Assembly: GCA_964304625.1 (NCBI GenBank)
Contig: OZ199838.1
Span: 4,241,354 to 4,305,353 of the forward strand
DNA: 64,000 bases
Source of the DNA: Kudoa neothunni
Lineage: Eukaryota > Animalia > Cnidaria
Reading direction: 5' to 3'
Below the pieces are notes generated by a model. It worked only from the letters and a program-made list of their open reading frames with translations, was not told the origin of the DNA and ran no database searches. Numbering within the stretch: position 1 is the stretch's first letter; every line of letters starts with the position of its first letter. The translations under genes were made by a program, and so were the position numbers. Below, piece by piece: positions 12,701-25,138 of this stretch.

Positions 12701-15700
12701 ATTTTGGGAGTTGTGTGATTTTTTTGAGTTAGGTTCAAAAGGAAGGTGAGTTTTGGGAGGGTTATTGGGAAGATTATTTTTTGGTTTAGGAATAAAATGA
12801 AGATTCAAAGACTTAGCTTAGCATGGATAGTGGCAAGACGAATAAAATCATCATAATAGTCATCAATGTCTATATTGTTGTCGCCAAATTTAACGTTTAA
12901 TGCAATTAATCATTTGCACAAGCTTTTAATTTGTCGGCGCGTTTTTCTTTATCATCCACATAGTCTGGGTCATCTTTGTTTTTATTGGATTTTATATTTT
13001 GCTGTGAATTTGGACATTGGGATTTAGTTTTGGAATTTACATCATCCACAAGAATATCGTCATAGATCTCAGTTTTACGCCTATCCTGTGACGTAATGAC
13101 TGGCTTTTTCTTTGGTTTTTGGACTGACGAAACTGAAGGACATTGAGAAGTACAAAAATTGTCTGGATGAGCTTTAGTTGATCTTTTCGTTGAGATTGGT
13201 GGCCTGTTAACGGGAGGTAGTTTGTATTTTGATTTGTTCTTGTTTAAAATTGAATCAACTAGAATGACATCTTGCGACAAAGGGGTTGAAAAAGATTCTA
13301 AATGTTTCGGGACCTTTTCATTATAAACCGGATTTAATGCTGATTTTAGGTTAAACATTGGATTGGGACTATTAAAATTAACACAGGAAAGATCATTATT
13401 AGTATAAGAATGTTCAATAATTGGAATATCGGATTGATTATCTGAGACTAAAGGGAATTCCTCACTACAAACATATCCTGCTGATTCTAGAGCTTTTCCT
13501 AATTCCACAAAATCTTGTGTGGTACAATAATTTGGATTATCTTGTTCATCACTATCGTTACTCAGGGATTCGATATTTATTGGTAATTGTTTAGATGAAT
13601 CAGGAACTATAGATATAGATATAGATTGGGATGGTGGGGATGAATTTTGGGAATCAAGGGTGGTAATTTTATTAAAAGGATCAACATTCTTTTGCTCGCT
13701 GATAAAATCATTAATTTCTTGTGAATTAAGTAAGATAGGTTGAGTTAGAGGAGAATTTTCATCATCCGAGTCTCTTGTGAATTTAATCTTTTTAGCTTTC
13801 GGATGATCAAGATGGAAAAATTTGATGTGGTATCCAAATCAATGTTCTTGTCAGAATAAGTCCTCTTTTTAGCGCTTTTAGACTTTAATTGAGGTTCAAG
13901 TGTCGAAACTGGTTGCTGATTTAACTGATTATATGCATTGTTGTTTTCATTATTCATCTCATTATTACTGTTATTATTATTTGCATTTTTATTTTTTTTA
14001 GTTGACTGAGAATTAAGTTGTTTAGTGATAATTGTTGGGACAAATTTGCGCTTTTTAGAATGTTTGGTTGATAGGTTGTTTGATTTAGAACTATTTTTAA
14101 TAGCTGAGGAATTAACAGGTGATTTAATTAAATTAGATTTATTATTCTCGGTTATTTGTTCAGAAGTATTGTGTGATTTAGTGTTTGTAGTGTTGACATT
14201 ATTCGTCGACTTTTCATAAAAGATGGCAATATCTTCATTAATATCAGTTAAATTCTCAATTTTTTCCTCATCCGAAATATTATTAATGTAGTTAAAATTA
14301 CTATTATTATCATTATTATGTGAGGAGTTTGATACGACTGAATTAGAAATTAAATCTACATTGATGTTTTTAGAATTTGAAGAGTTGTCAGCGTTTTTAT
14401 CATTATTATCGGTTAATGAGGTATTATCATGAGGATATGGTTTATTATTTAGTGAGATATCAGAATTAGCATTATTATTATTATTTAGATCAGAGCTGGA
14501 TGAGCTCTCGGTAGTATAATTGTTATTAAAATTAGAGCTAGATGGGCTCTCGCTGCTATTAATGTTATTAGCATGTTTAGAGGAAGTATGGATCAAAGTG
14601 GAATTAGAATTATTAGTTTCAACTGAGTTAGAAAGTGGATTACAGTTATTGCCAACCGGATTGGTTAAAATCTCGTTAGAACTTGTTATTTGGTCATTTG
14701 AGTTAATTTTAGAGTTATTATTATGATCATGCTGTTTATTTAGATTAGTTATACTTGGTTTATTGTTAAAATTATTGGGATTTGTATGACTTGTTAGATT
14801 AGAATCATCAACGATGGTCGAACGATTGTTAACGAAGTTAGTAGAACGGGAATTTTTAGAATTTAAGTCAAAGTTATGGTTAGGATTAGTATTACAGTTA
14901 GATTCAACAGCAGTAGTTGATTTATCGTTCATTACATTCTCAGTTGAGTTATCATTAATAGTAGGATTAGTTAAAATGTTTATTTCATTAGAATTAGTGT
15001 GATTACTAGTGTTAGAGTTATTAGTAGGAGTATTAATGGTTGAATGGGTTGATAAAGTAGGATTAAGATTATTGTTAGAATCTTGATGTAAAGTTGCTTC
15101 ATTGGCAATTGATTGTTGTAGTTTAATAAAAGAATCCAGTAAAGCACAATTATCCTCTTGTGAGGAAACTGTACTTTCTTGTTTTAAGGGAGAATTTTTA
15201 AGATTAAGTTCATTGAGTTGAATATCATTTGGCGCAGTGTTAATATTAGGAGATAATTTCTCACTAGCAACTATTGATTCATTATTGTTTCCTGTATTAA
15301 TTTTAATTGAATTACATATCAAGGAAGGGTTAGTCTTCTTTGAGGAAAAAGATGAAAGGTAGTTAGTATGATCCGGTTGATTGTTTACATGATTAATATT
15401 AGATGAATCATTGTTATTGTTACTAAAGGTATTATCATTCAAATATTTTTTAACTAGGTCATCATATGCTGATTTGTCAAATTGTTTATTTGCATTTGTA
15501 TTTGTGTTTATATTAAGATTTAGATTTGGATTTAAGTTAGTTGGATTAATGGAGTTTTTATGAGTATCTTTAGGTAATGTATTAACATTTGAATTATCAC
15601 TATAATTATCTGGTGATTGTTGTGATATAGATTCAGTTTTAAGTGGTTTAAACGAAGGAAGTGGCCATTCGTCGTCTGATGACGCTTCATCACGACACGA

Positions 15701-17008
15701 AAACGAAGGTTCACTGTCCGAATCGTAAACTTTAATATATTGTGTGTTAATTTTTGAATTATCATTATCGTTATTTGGATATGATTTAACTATTGTGTAT
15801 TTTTTATCTGAAGCTATATTGATATATTTAATCTTACGATTAGAAAAGTCATTATTAGAAGTAGGAGTAGAATTGTTATTATTATTAGTGGATAAAGTTT
15901 TTGCGCGCATTATTTCATTAATGTCTTCGAGAATCGTTACATCATCTACCTCTTCTTCCATAACAGAGTTGTCAGAGTTTAAATTATCATCATTAAAATT
16001 TCCATTATTAAAATTGTTATGATTTAAGTCATAGATTGGCTCAATATTTAAATACTCTGAAAGATCGTCAATACAACAATCATCAACAGTATTTTCAATA
16101 TCAGCATTAGTAGCATTAGTAGCATTAGAAGGTGAATTAATGTTAGTGTTAGATTTAATTGGTAAATTATTTAAATTTGAATTTTCTGGAATAACTCCTG
16201 AACATGGTTGATTGGGTAGTGATGATTTATATGCATCTGGATAACATTTATTAAAGCAGTATCCGGCGAATGTGAAAGGATTATTGGTTAAATCAACAGA
16301 GCGAGTCTCAATAATTGCGCCTACTAATGAGTTTTCATAATTGGTTTTATTAATGTTAGTATTATTATCGTTAGTGTTATTATGTGAGTTAGAGTTAGAG
16401 TTAGAACTAGAATTTGGATTAGTATTAAGGGATGTGCAAGTAGGGGATAGCGAATTGACAAAAGTTCCCACAATAGGGTCATTATGGGTTTGCAAATGAT
16501 TGTTAATGTTTACTATTGGATTAGTTATATTAAGTGGATTAATTCTAGAAAATTTAATGTTTTTAGAAGAATCTAACAAACTAGGATCAAAGTTGTAATG
16601 CAATTTAAGATATTCAGAATATTTGTGATTTAATTTAGGAAACATTTGCAAATCCGACTCGATGCAAATGGAGCCATTCTTTTCTAAAAGTGACTCTGGA
16701 AAGTCTCCAGAGTCAATTTCAGCCTGAATTACGTCAAATAACTCATTCAGGATGACTTCACGACTTAACAAATTCTTCTTAAGAGCATCATTTAAGCGTC
16801 TACGTCGAGGTCGATTCTCCGATGGCGTTTGTTCCAGCTGTAGCGCATAGATTTTAAGGCGTTCAGCATTTCTAACGTATTTAGCTACTACTTTTCAAAC
16901 TAAAGGCAGCTTATGGGACTTGTCCTTAACTTGTAAATAATAGGCAGTATAGTAAATCAACATGCATCTGGGCATGCTTTCTGTGGAAAACCCACTTAAT
17001 GCGCTCAT
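9740..17008 (-). pseudogene. Disrupted single ORF of E2 (~2,400 codons): novel N-domain, Asn/Ser-rich region, RT, CCHC, REL endonuclease
   Basis: ATG 17008 (MSALSGFSTESMPRCML) is in frame with ORF 13745-16771 through one TGA at 16895-16897, where E1 has Cys. Further frameshifts or stops separate ORFs 12906-13508, 10970-12808, 10786-11046, 10330-10569 and 9740-10333. Confidence 0.85.
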
Positions 17009-17105
17009 AGTGATTATAATTTAGCAGCAATAGAAAGAAGACACAAGGATAAACGAATTACTTGTAACCAAAGAGCAAAAAAAGTACAGCAAAAATGCAA
17101 AAATC

Positions 17106-17111
17106 GAAAAA
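17106..17111 (-). terminator. Pol III oligo-T terminator about 10 nt after the tRNA, within the E2 5' end
   Basis: Minus strand reads GCTG TGAAATTCG TTTTT. An equivalent TAG TTTTT follows the half-tRNA in E1 (9581-9585). Confidence 0.6.
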
Positions 17112-17120
17112 CGAATTTCA

Positions 17121-17192
17121 CAGCGAAACCAAGTTTCGATCTTGGGACCTCAGGGTTATGAGCCCTGCGCGCTTCCTCTGCGCCATCTCGCT
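17121..17192 (-). tRNA. tRNA-iMet: Initiator tRNA-Met (CAT)
   Basis: AGCGAGA TG GCGC AGAGGAA GCGC G CAGGG CTCATAA CCCTG AGGTC CCAAG ATCGAAA CTTGG TTTCGCT G folds into a full cloverleaf. Eukaryotic initiator hallmarks are present: A1:U72, three G:C pairs at 29-31/39-41, A54 and A60. Confidence 0.95.
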
Positions 17193-17218
17193 CTTTGTTT
17201 GGGACGATGTATTCTTTG

Positions 17219-17226
17219 TTTATATA
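17219..17226 (-). promoter_or_regulatory. TATA box upstream of tRNA-iMet
   Basis: TATATAAA at -34 to -27 from tRNA position 1, where TFIIIB/TBP binds. Confidence 0.55.
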
Positions 17227-18519
17227 CTCAAAAATACTGTTCTAATAATTGGTCTCCTAAGTCTATTTATAAACTTTTTGAAAATTTTTCTTGCTGTATT
17301 TTCGATCTATGCTTTATAATTAGATATATTTATACGCAATAATTGACTTTTTTATGTATATTTGTTCTTTTTATTCTTGATTCAAGTTGGTTGTATGCTT
17401 TTCAATATTCGTAAATTAAGTATTATATGCTCGCATAAACAAAAGTACTATTTTTTCACTAATTATAATGATAAACAATAGTAAAATCAATAATCGTCTC
17501 TATCCATACAGTTTAATGAAACTCACAGCCAATGTAGAATTACTTCATTCTCTAATTTGCGTAAAATGGTTCATTATAAAAAGATATTCATCAAAACAAT
17601 TGTTTCTTCGCAACAATGGTAATATTTGATGAATAATTCAGTGTTAGTCACAATTATCTAGTGATAATAATTACCATCAATCGCATTAATCAATAAAATT
17701 ATTTATCCCAGAAAATTCATTCAATTCTAATTATAAGATATTATTTCTTTTTCCTCTTACATTTCCTCAAAAATAATATCATGTTAGCCATTTACACCTG
17801 CATTAGTCATAGAAATGAAAGATCGATTAAACCATACAATGAAAATAAGATAAAAATTTAAAACGAAGATTTCTGATCATCAGAAAACCAACAAGGAGGT
17901 GGTATCAAACTATCAGATGATTTATCTTTCATAATAAAATTATGCATTATGATGCTTAGAATGATAAAGTTCAGTTTCTCCTCCAATTCGTTAAGTCTAA
18001 CTAACAACCATTAATATAATTCGTGCAAGGCTTCCCGATATATATTATTTCGAAAATCTCGATAATTTTAATCTTCAGTGAATTTGTTAATTTTGATCAA
18101 TCTTATAGGATACGACAGACCCCTTTCCAATATCTCGGCAGCCTTCCTTAAGTAAGAACCGGCGATATGTGGAATGTAGGGGTCGAGAGAAACTTAACCA
18201 TATGAGAAAATGCGCTGGCGAATACAGCTTTCACTATAATTTTAAATCATGTAGAACAAAATATTTGTCGCGAAGAAATACACTCTCAACATTATCTAAA
18301 TCATGTCCTTAAATTATTCCATCTGCGTTGTGTTAGAGGGTGCTGAACAACTATTCTAATGAAAGCATTTTAAATGGCTTTAAATTCAACGATATTTTCC
18401 TAAAACAATTTATCCGGGGTATATTTTTAAGTCATTCCTTCTAAGTCCGGACAGAAAAATTATTCGGACACAGCGTGTAGTTAATAAATAGGATGAGAGT
18501 CAAATTTGTAAAAAGAACG

Positions 18520-18950
18520 TTTTGAGTGTTGATAAAACTCTCCAAAACAAGTGTTTTTCGGCGGTCGTTATAATTCATGAGGAAGGAAGAGTTATATTGC
18601 AAAAACATTAAAGGCGCCACAACATTCGAACGAATTATAACAGCCTGTATAGTAAGGAAGAATGGAGTTTTTGGTAGAGGTTCCTCACAGAACAACGGAA
18701 ACTTAACAAAATTAAAACATACATTCACCCCGGCTTCATTATCCTAACTGATTATTTCAAAAGTTACGGGACAAACCACAATTTACATAATTCATCGCAT
18801 TGTACATGACAGTATAGTATATGTGGATACTATCACAGGAGCTCGTACAAACACAACAGATGGACCGTGGGGTACTATCAAATACAAAATATCATTAAGA
18901 ACAAAATTCCAGTTACTGAAGATGGTTTTGTCAGTATTGGTAGCATCAAT
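18520..18950 (+). pseudogene. Decayed Merlin/IS1595-like transposase remnant
   Basis: Fragments LVEVPHRTTET, HPGFIILTDYFKSY and VDTITGARTNTTDGPWGTIKYKIS resemble the transposase at 23687-24190. Boundaries approximate. Confidence 0.65.
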
Positions 18951-21900
18951 AAATTTCACGATTATTTGTCATGGAGAAAAAACCATTATAAATTATGGAA
19001 TAGATTTATATCATCATTAAACAACAATAGTTAAAACTACAGTTTAATCATCATTTTCTCGATTTTTATAAAGTGTTTTCTCAATGGCACTAATTCTTTG
19101 TTAATCAAATTAGGGGGTTTATATCAAAGTTAAGCCATCCATGACTTTTGATTTAAAAGCTGGGATATAATTCGCAATCTGATTTAAGGTAGTTTATATT
19201 CAAAGAACTGCAATTCATTATTAAGAATTGCCTCATCTGCTAAATTCTATGCCAATTGAATTGGGATCAAATTGAGCGTCTTAAACCAAAATACTGTCCT
19301 TAAGACTACGAAAAAACTAATTTCCTCTTACACCACAGAATGGATATTCCCAAGATGGCACATCAACAATGTTTTTTCCAAACTTATTACTACCATTAAA
19401 TGTCTAGATTTTTCAAGCATGTATTTTTTTCTATGGAATGAAATATTATAGCCATCGACTGTGCAAAAAGATTAAACTAATTATTCAATATTTAACATAA
19501 GGTCGCTTCATTTTCCCGTGAAGCAATTATATTTTAGAATCATGAAAAAATGATTCAACATATTCTAAATGAAAAAATTTTAAATTCCCTCATGATGACA
19601 GTTCAACCGCCTCCATTTTATTTTTAAAACAAAACACAACATTAATTAACAATTTAATGATAAATAAAATTGTTTAAGTAAAGTAACAACTATAAGTCCA
19701 CTTGAGGATTTATGTATGTTTCTTGTAAAATGATGAATATAAATTCAATTATTTGTATTATTTATTCGATAGACTATAGAAATATATTATGCATATTGAC
19801 AATGAATACAAAAAACTATTAAAATAAAGCATTGGCTATTGGTACGAAAGTTTCTAATCCAATGTGGCGAATGCGCACTCGTCAATTTTAATCCCAGTGA
19901 CTCATATAATAATTGACCTATAAAGCTTATTTTTAGAATCTGCTGTATTTAATTATTTTTGGCCCCTAAGAGCGGTGGCGAAAGACCAAAAATATTTCAG
20001 TACAATCAAAATTATACCTACCTGGATATTATGATCCCTGCCAATAACCACTTCCTTTAAATAACTAGAATTTTGACCATCAATATACATACAACTTGTG
20101 TTAGTTGGTAAATGGAATAAGAATTAAACTATTTGTGCATACGACGAAGATTTTAACGAATCATGAAGAATAGGGTTAATTATTGGAAATTCGCAATAAA
20201 TTATCTATCCATGGCTTGATATATGTACTAACTAGATACAATATACTTCAGTGATATTGAAAAAAATGATAATTTTAGTAAATTCATATTCATCTGAGGT
20301 TAAGCCACTTCAAAATTTAAAATTTTAACGAATAATTTCCCGTAAAAAATTGCGTTTAAATAATGCATATATTACGTTATATTACGTTACTCGGAAAAAA
20401 TTCGTCTAGAAACTAACTCATGTTATTGTTTACATAAATATCAGAGAAATTTAGATATCACGATCCAAAAATCTTTGGATATCACTTTAAACAGTTGAAA
20501 TAAGGAATAAATATAATAAATAAATAGACAAAGATTTAAATAAAATGACCAACACACGCATATAAGCAAAAAAAGGAACAAACTAAATGAACAATATTAT
20601 TTAATATATTTCATTTGCATTACGTAACGATTAAAGAAAAAGGAGTTAGAATTTTTACGAAAAGAAATTATATAATCTAGTATAAATTGTAAATAAACCA
20701 AATTAGCAATAAATGACGCTTAATTGAACCCTGTTAACTAACTTTATAAATATTATACTTTATCTAAGAAATTCCAAAATCAAATGACCACATTCTATCG
20801 TTGAATAGATATGAAATGCAAACTAGAAGAAACTAAAAACAACACAATAATATATAAGCATATTACATTGTTTTCTCCATTATCAATGTCATCATTGTAT
20901 TTTGAATTTTGTCAACTCATTTATCAAAGCACAATAAGTGCTGATCATTGTTCTTTATTGGAAGAATACATGAGAGTTCAAAAAATAAGTGTAGTTCCTT
21001 CTGTCTTCCAAGAACGAATATTTCAGTTACGACAACTTTATGAAATGTTTCGGATAAGAAAAAAGTCATCATTATATTTAATGAGATCAGAGTGAATTCG
21101 AGCTCGATGTATTGACCAATTATATGCCCATTAAAAATAAATTCAGGGCGCCATATGGATAAATCGTCTCTTTCGAGAACGAATTTTCGGTTTCCGTGAC
21201 ATTTTCAAGTTAGCGAGGAGTTATACACATAATTGACTGTCTGTTGCAACTGTCCATTTCTTTTGATCGTTCAGCGAATAAATGACTTTGGATATTGAAA
21301 TCTAAAAAGGAATCTAACTAGATATTCACACTAGGCAATATAATATTTAATGGTCAAATGCTAATCGATTATTTACTTAATCCAGCAAAATGTTTGTATT
21401 GATTGTATATTCATGTGGGTACACTGAAACTGGCGGATAATCCCATTAAGAACACAAATATTCAAAATCCAGCTGTACAATTTACAAAAGATTTGTATTG
21501 GTAAGCAAGAATAAATATAAAATATTGTATAAGAATTCAGCTTGGTTTTACGCTAATCCTTCACGATCAGTGGAATAATGTGAATACCAATCTATGATGA
21601 GATTAAACAACGGAAGCTGGGAATAGTAATCAATGTTGTTACTAACACCATAAAGCCGACTGGAAAATCTAAGCCATCATCAGCAAATTTGCATCGTCGA
21701 CCACGTGATCCGAATTTAGTGAAATGTGACCGATTATTTATTGAGCCTATTTTAAATCATTGCGAAGCTTGCCGATTTATTATGAGATCGATGTATCTGA
21801 GACGCTTTAGACCTCACTTAAAACTTTTATACAAATTTTGGATTAACTCTTTCAGTCCTGAAAATCACGGAATAGGAATATATTGTTTTAATCGCTGATA

Positions 21901-22903
21901 AATATTTAGTTTTATAAAAATAAACAGTTTGTCGAAAATTTTGGGAATCCTCAATGAGGAACCCCATCAATTTAAATGTTGCCACAAGGCAGGGATGGCC
22001 AGACTTATCCAAATAGGGAGTCGACTTTAAGGTTTCCCAAATTTTCAAGAGCTACAAGGCATTAAAATCATTTATGTATCTCTTCCTTATTTAGAACTTA
22101 CATTTTTGGAAAATTGGTGGTAAATATTAAGATAAAATGTTGTAGAATTATATATAAATGATTTTTAATTTTTTCTTGTTCAGTTAATCGCTGGAAAACT
22201 TACATATAATTATTACAAGTATAATTTATGATGATTTTTCCAAAAAAGTAAATTAGTAGTTAATGATCTAAGAGACACTTTCTCCATAAAAAAAGTCGAA
22301 AAAATAATAAAATATTTGTCATATTTAGTCATGTATGGTAATATTATCAAAAACTAAATTAAATCTTTACGAATAAGATAATAACTCAAGAATTTAATGC
22401 TTTCGAAATTTTTTTTCCAGAGATTGTTTCTGATGTTACAAGTTTTTTCTGTTTCCATATTATCAATGAGTGATCAAACGGTAATATGGTTCGTATGTTG
22501 TTAACTCTTTACGAATTAGTTTCGTCAGGTGTTTGTTTGTGAGGGAGGAATCCGCGATGCTTTAATTTTACAGACTTCATCGTTGAATAAATAAGCTTAC
22601 AACAACAAGTTTTTCAAAGCATAGAAATAAGTTTGAGGCAAATTTCTGTTTGTTTTGAATATTTAGTTTCATGAACGTATTTTCCAAATTCGCTTAGTGA
22701 GTTGGAATTATGGACCATCTTTAAAGCTTCAATGCATGATTTATTCTTTCGACAACTGTCATTTGGTAACTGATAAACACTAGTTTTAACTGTATTCCTT
22801 AATGAAACTAGTAATAATTCTGATTTTCTTAAAATATTAAAATCATATGGTAGGTTTTAACTACCTTTTTGTAATCAAAAATATTTTCTAATTTACGATT
22901 AAA

Positions 22904-25055
22904 GGTTTCGGGTATTTTAGCAATAGAGATAGCAGTCATGGATTTTTCCCTCTCCAACGTTGGTTATTTGGTTCTGGAAAATATATATTTATTGAAGAGA
23001 GAGCATGAAAAATTAATGTTTTTTACAAAACTTAAGATTGCTTCCAAAAGAGCAGATTTATGGAAAATGTAATTTACAGATGAGCTTACAAAAAGATCAA
23101 GTAATTAATGGGTATGGCTTCAGATGTAATGGATGTCGAAGAAGATTGAGCTTCCGCAAAGGAACTTTTTCTCAATGTTCCGAGCTATTGTTATGGCGAA
23201 TATTTATGCTAATATATTTTGATGTTTTTGACATTCAAATGTCGTATAACATAACATGCTCATGAAACAATTACAAATTGGAAGGATCACATTTGATATC
23301 CGTCCCCCAAATAATCCTATAACATTATCTAGATTAACCGCGAGCTAATCGTTTGTTTTCCATCACTAACACTAATACCGCACCATGAGGATTATCGACT
23401 CACAAACACAATAAATAAGGATTAAGTCGTTATTTACAAACAACCACACAACAATGATTGCACCAAGAAAGTCATTCAATAAAATTTTAGGTGAAGAGAA
23501 AAATTCCATCAATTATCTCATTGAACGGGCATTCTTGAAGAGCCTACTAATTGCAGTAAATGTGGTGGAATCAGATTTTCGATCCACAGAAAAAATTGGC
23601 GATGTTGTGCAAAGTCTTGCCGGAAAGAAATCTCTATTTTTGACTATACGATCTTCAAGAATATTAAACTCAAAGTTAATGATTTCATGGAGTTGGCTTA
23701 TTATTGGTTAGTGGGTGTAAAAACTCTTAACTTGATCACTATCACTGATCACTCCTCTCAAACTACCACTAACTATTCCCATTATCTTAGACAAATGATG
23801 GCCGATAGTTTAGGATTTGAGGACATCATAATTGGAGGAGAAAACACAGTCAGAGAAATTGATGAGTCCAAGTTTGGTAAAATAAAGCATAACAGAGGCC
23901 ATGGTGTTAATGGAGCATGGGTTCTTGGAGATGTCGAAAGGACACTCGAAAGAAGAATGTTTCTAGTGGAGGTCCCTGATAGAACCGCTGAAACTCTAAT
24001 AAAAAAAATAAAAATCTATGTTAAACCAGGCTCAATTATCATCAAAGACTGTTTCAAAAGCTACGCCACACTTCATAATTTCTACACTCATCTCACTGTT
24101 AACCACAGTATAGAATATGTAGATAATGTTTCGGGAGCTCACACCAATACTATTGAGAGAACTGGGGTGCCATAAAATATCGAATATCTCCCAGAAATAG
24201 AACGTCATCGGTTAATGAGGATGGAACTGTTCGTATGGATCGCATTAATGAATCTCACGGTGAATTTCAATGGAGAAAAAATCAACATGACTTATGGAGA
24301 GGTTTTATGTAATCTCTAAAAATTAATCTACAATCAGATCACTCTTATCAGCGTTTTGTTGTGTTTTTTCTAAAATGTGTTTTTATAATAAATATAAGAA
24401 TTATTTTATTGAGGATTAAGGGGGCTTAGACCAAATTTCAGCCAATTGGAAAAACTATGTGAGAGAGATCTATATAGAATATTTCAATTCAAATTGCGTG
24501 ATTATGGGAGATGAAAATGTTATTGTTCAGATCGTCGAATCGAACATATGCAAGAGAAAATACCACCGAGGAAGAGTGCTAGTGAATCAGAAAATGCGGA
24601 TTGTCGGTGGTGCCGATGGAAACAACAACATTTTTCAAGTATTGACCGAAATAAGAAATCAGTCTACAATAGAATCCATAATTACTCAGTATGTTGCTCG
24701 TGAATCAATAATATGGACTGACAAATAGAGTGGTTATAACTCTCTTGAGTCTTTGGGTTACGTGCACGAGTCTGCAAATCATAGTATTGAATTCAACGCC
24801 GTTGATGGCGCGCACACAAATAAGATCGAATCTGTTTGGGGAGCAACCAAAAGAAAGTTCCGCCACGTAACCAATAAGGTGTCAGACTTGATGGGATGGT
24901 ATTTATGTTCCAACCAATTAAAAAAAATTAAAGATGAACGACTTTCTATGTGTATAAAAACAATTGATAAAATATATTTGTATTAGAATCTATTATTATT
25001 GTTATTTACAAAATTAATATCTTTCATCCGATTATTGACGGAAATACCTGAAGCC
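22904..25055 (+). mobile_element. Decayed Merlin (IS1595-like) DNA transposon, outer element
   Basis: Imperfect TIRs GGTTTCGGGTATTT and AAATACCTGAAGCC. The transposase is split into an N-terminal Zn-ribbon part (23038-23290; FRCNGC..SFRKGTF) and a C-terminal part (24433-24986; KRKYHRGR, IWTD, NHS, HTNKIESVW). Confidence 0.75.
23295..24432 (+). mobile_element. Merlin (IS1595-like) transposon nested inside the outer Merlin
   Basis: ORFs 23454-23711 and 23687-24175 carry EIDESKFG, HNRGH, WVLG, VNHS and HTNTIE. Imperfect TIRs (...CCCCCAAATAATCCT and AGGATTAAGGGGGC...). Confidence 0.8.
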
Positions 25056-25138
25056 AACCCACTGTACCGTACTTTGGCCAAGGTTTCATTTCTTCATTTG
25101 ATTAAATAGTTTAAACTTTTCAATTTTTTCCGAATTAA

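Larger units (their letters stand above)
9624..17119 (-). mobile_element. Non-LTR retrotransposon copy E2, full length (~7.5 kb), RLE type (R2/NeSL/R4-like architecture)
   Basis: Bounded by the two tRNA 3'-half copies. RT motifs: YRPI, QKGF, WIDLRKAFDSV, GVRQGCPMSPLLFNL, AYADD, YKYLG, GGLG. CCHC knuckle CRHC-x-ETTSHILNGC. RHN motif. REL endonuclease RPDL...DLSIPFE...K...Y. ~115-nt 3' UTR with no poly(A). Confidence 0.93.

Noticed and set aside
6835-16022. Leu-rich plus-strand ORFs (6835-7332, 7764-8060, 14025-15002, 15744-16022) that look like membrane or LRR proteins
   Set aside because: They are the reverse complement of Asn/Ser codons in the retroelement ORF and have no independent motifs.
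16895-16897. In-frame TGA where E1 has Cys, as possible selenocysteine or recoding
   Set aside because: E2 has several other disabling lesions and TGA is used as a normal stop in nearby genes, so a nonsense mutation is simpler.
17095-17342. ORFs overlapping the tRNA
   Set aside because: Spurious translations across the tRNA gene.
19150-22100. Coding-like patches suggesting decayed transposases (possibly Mutator-like)
   Set aside because: I could not establish diagnostic motifs or termini by eye; this needs TBLASTX against Repbase.
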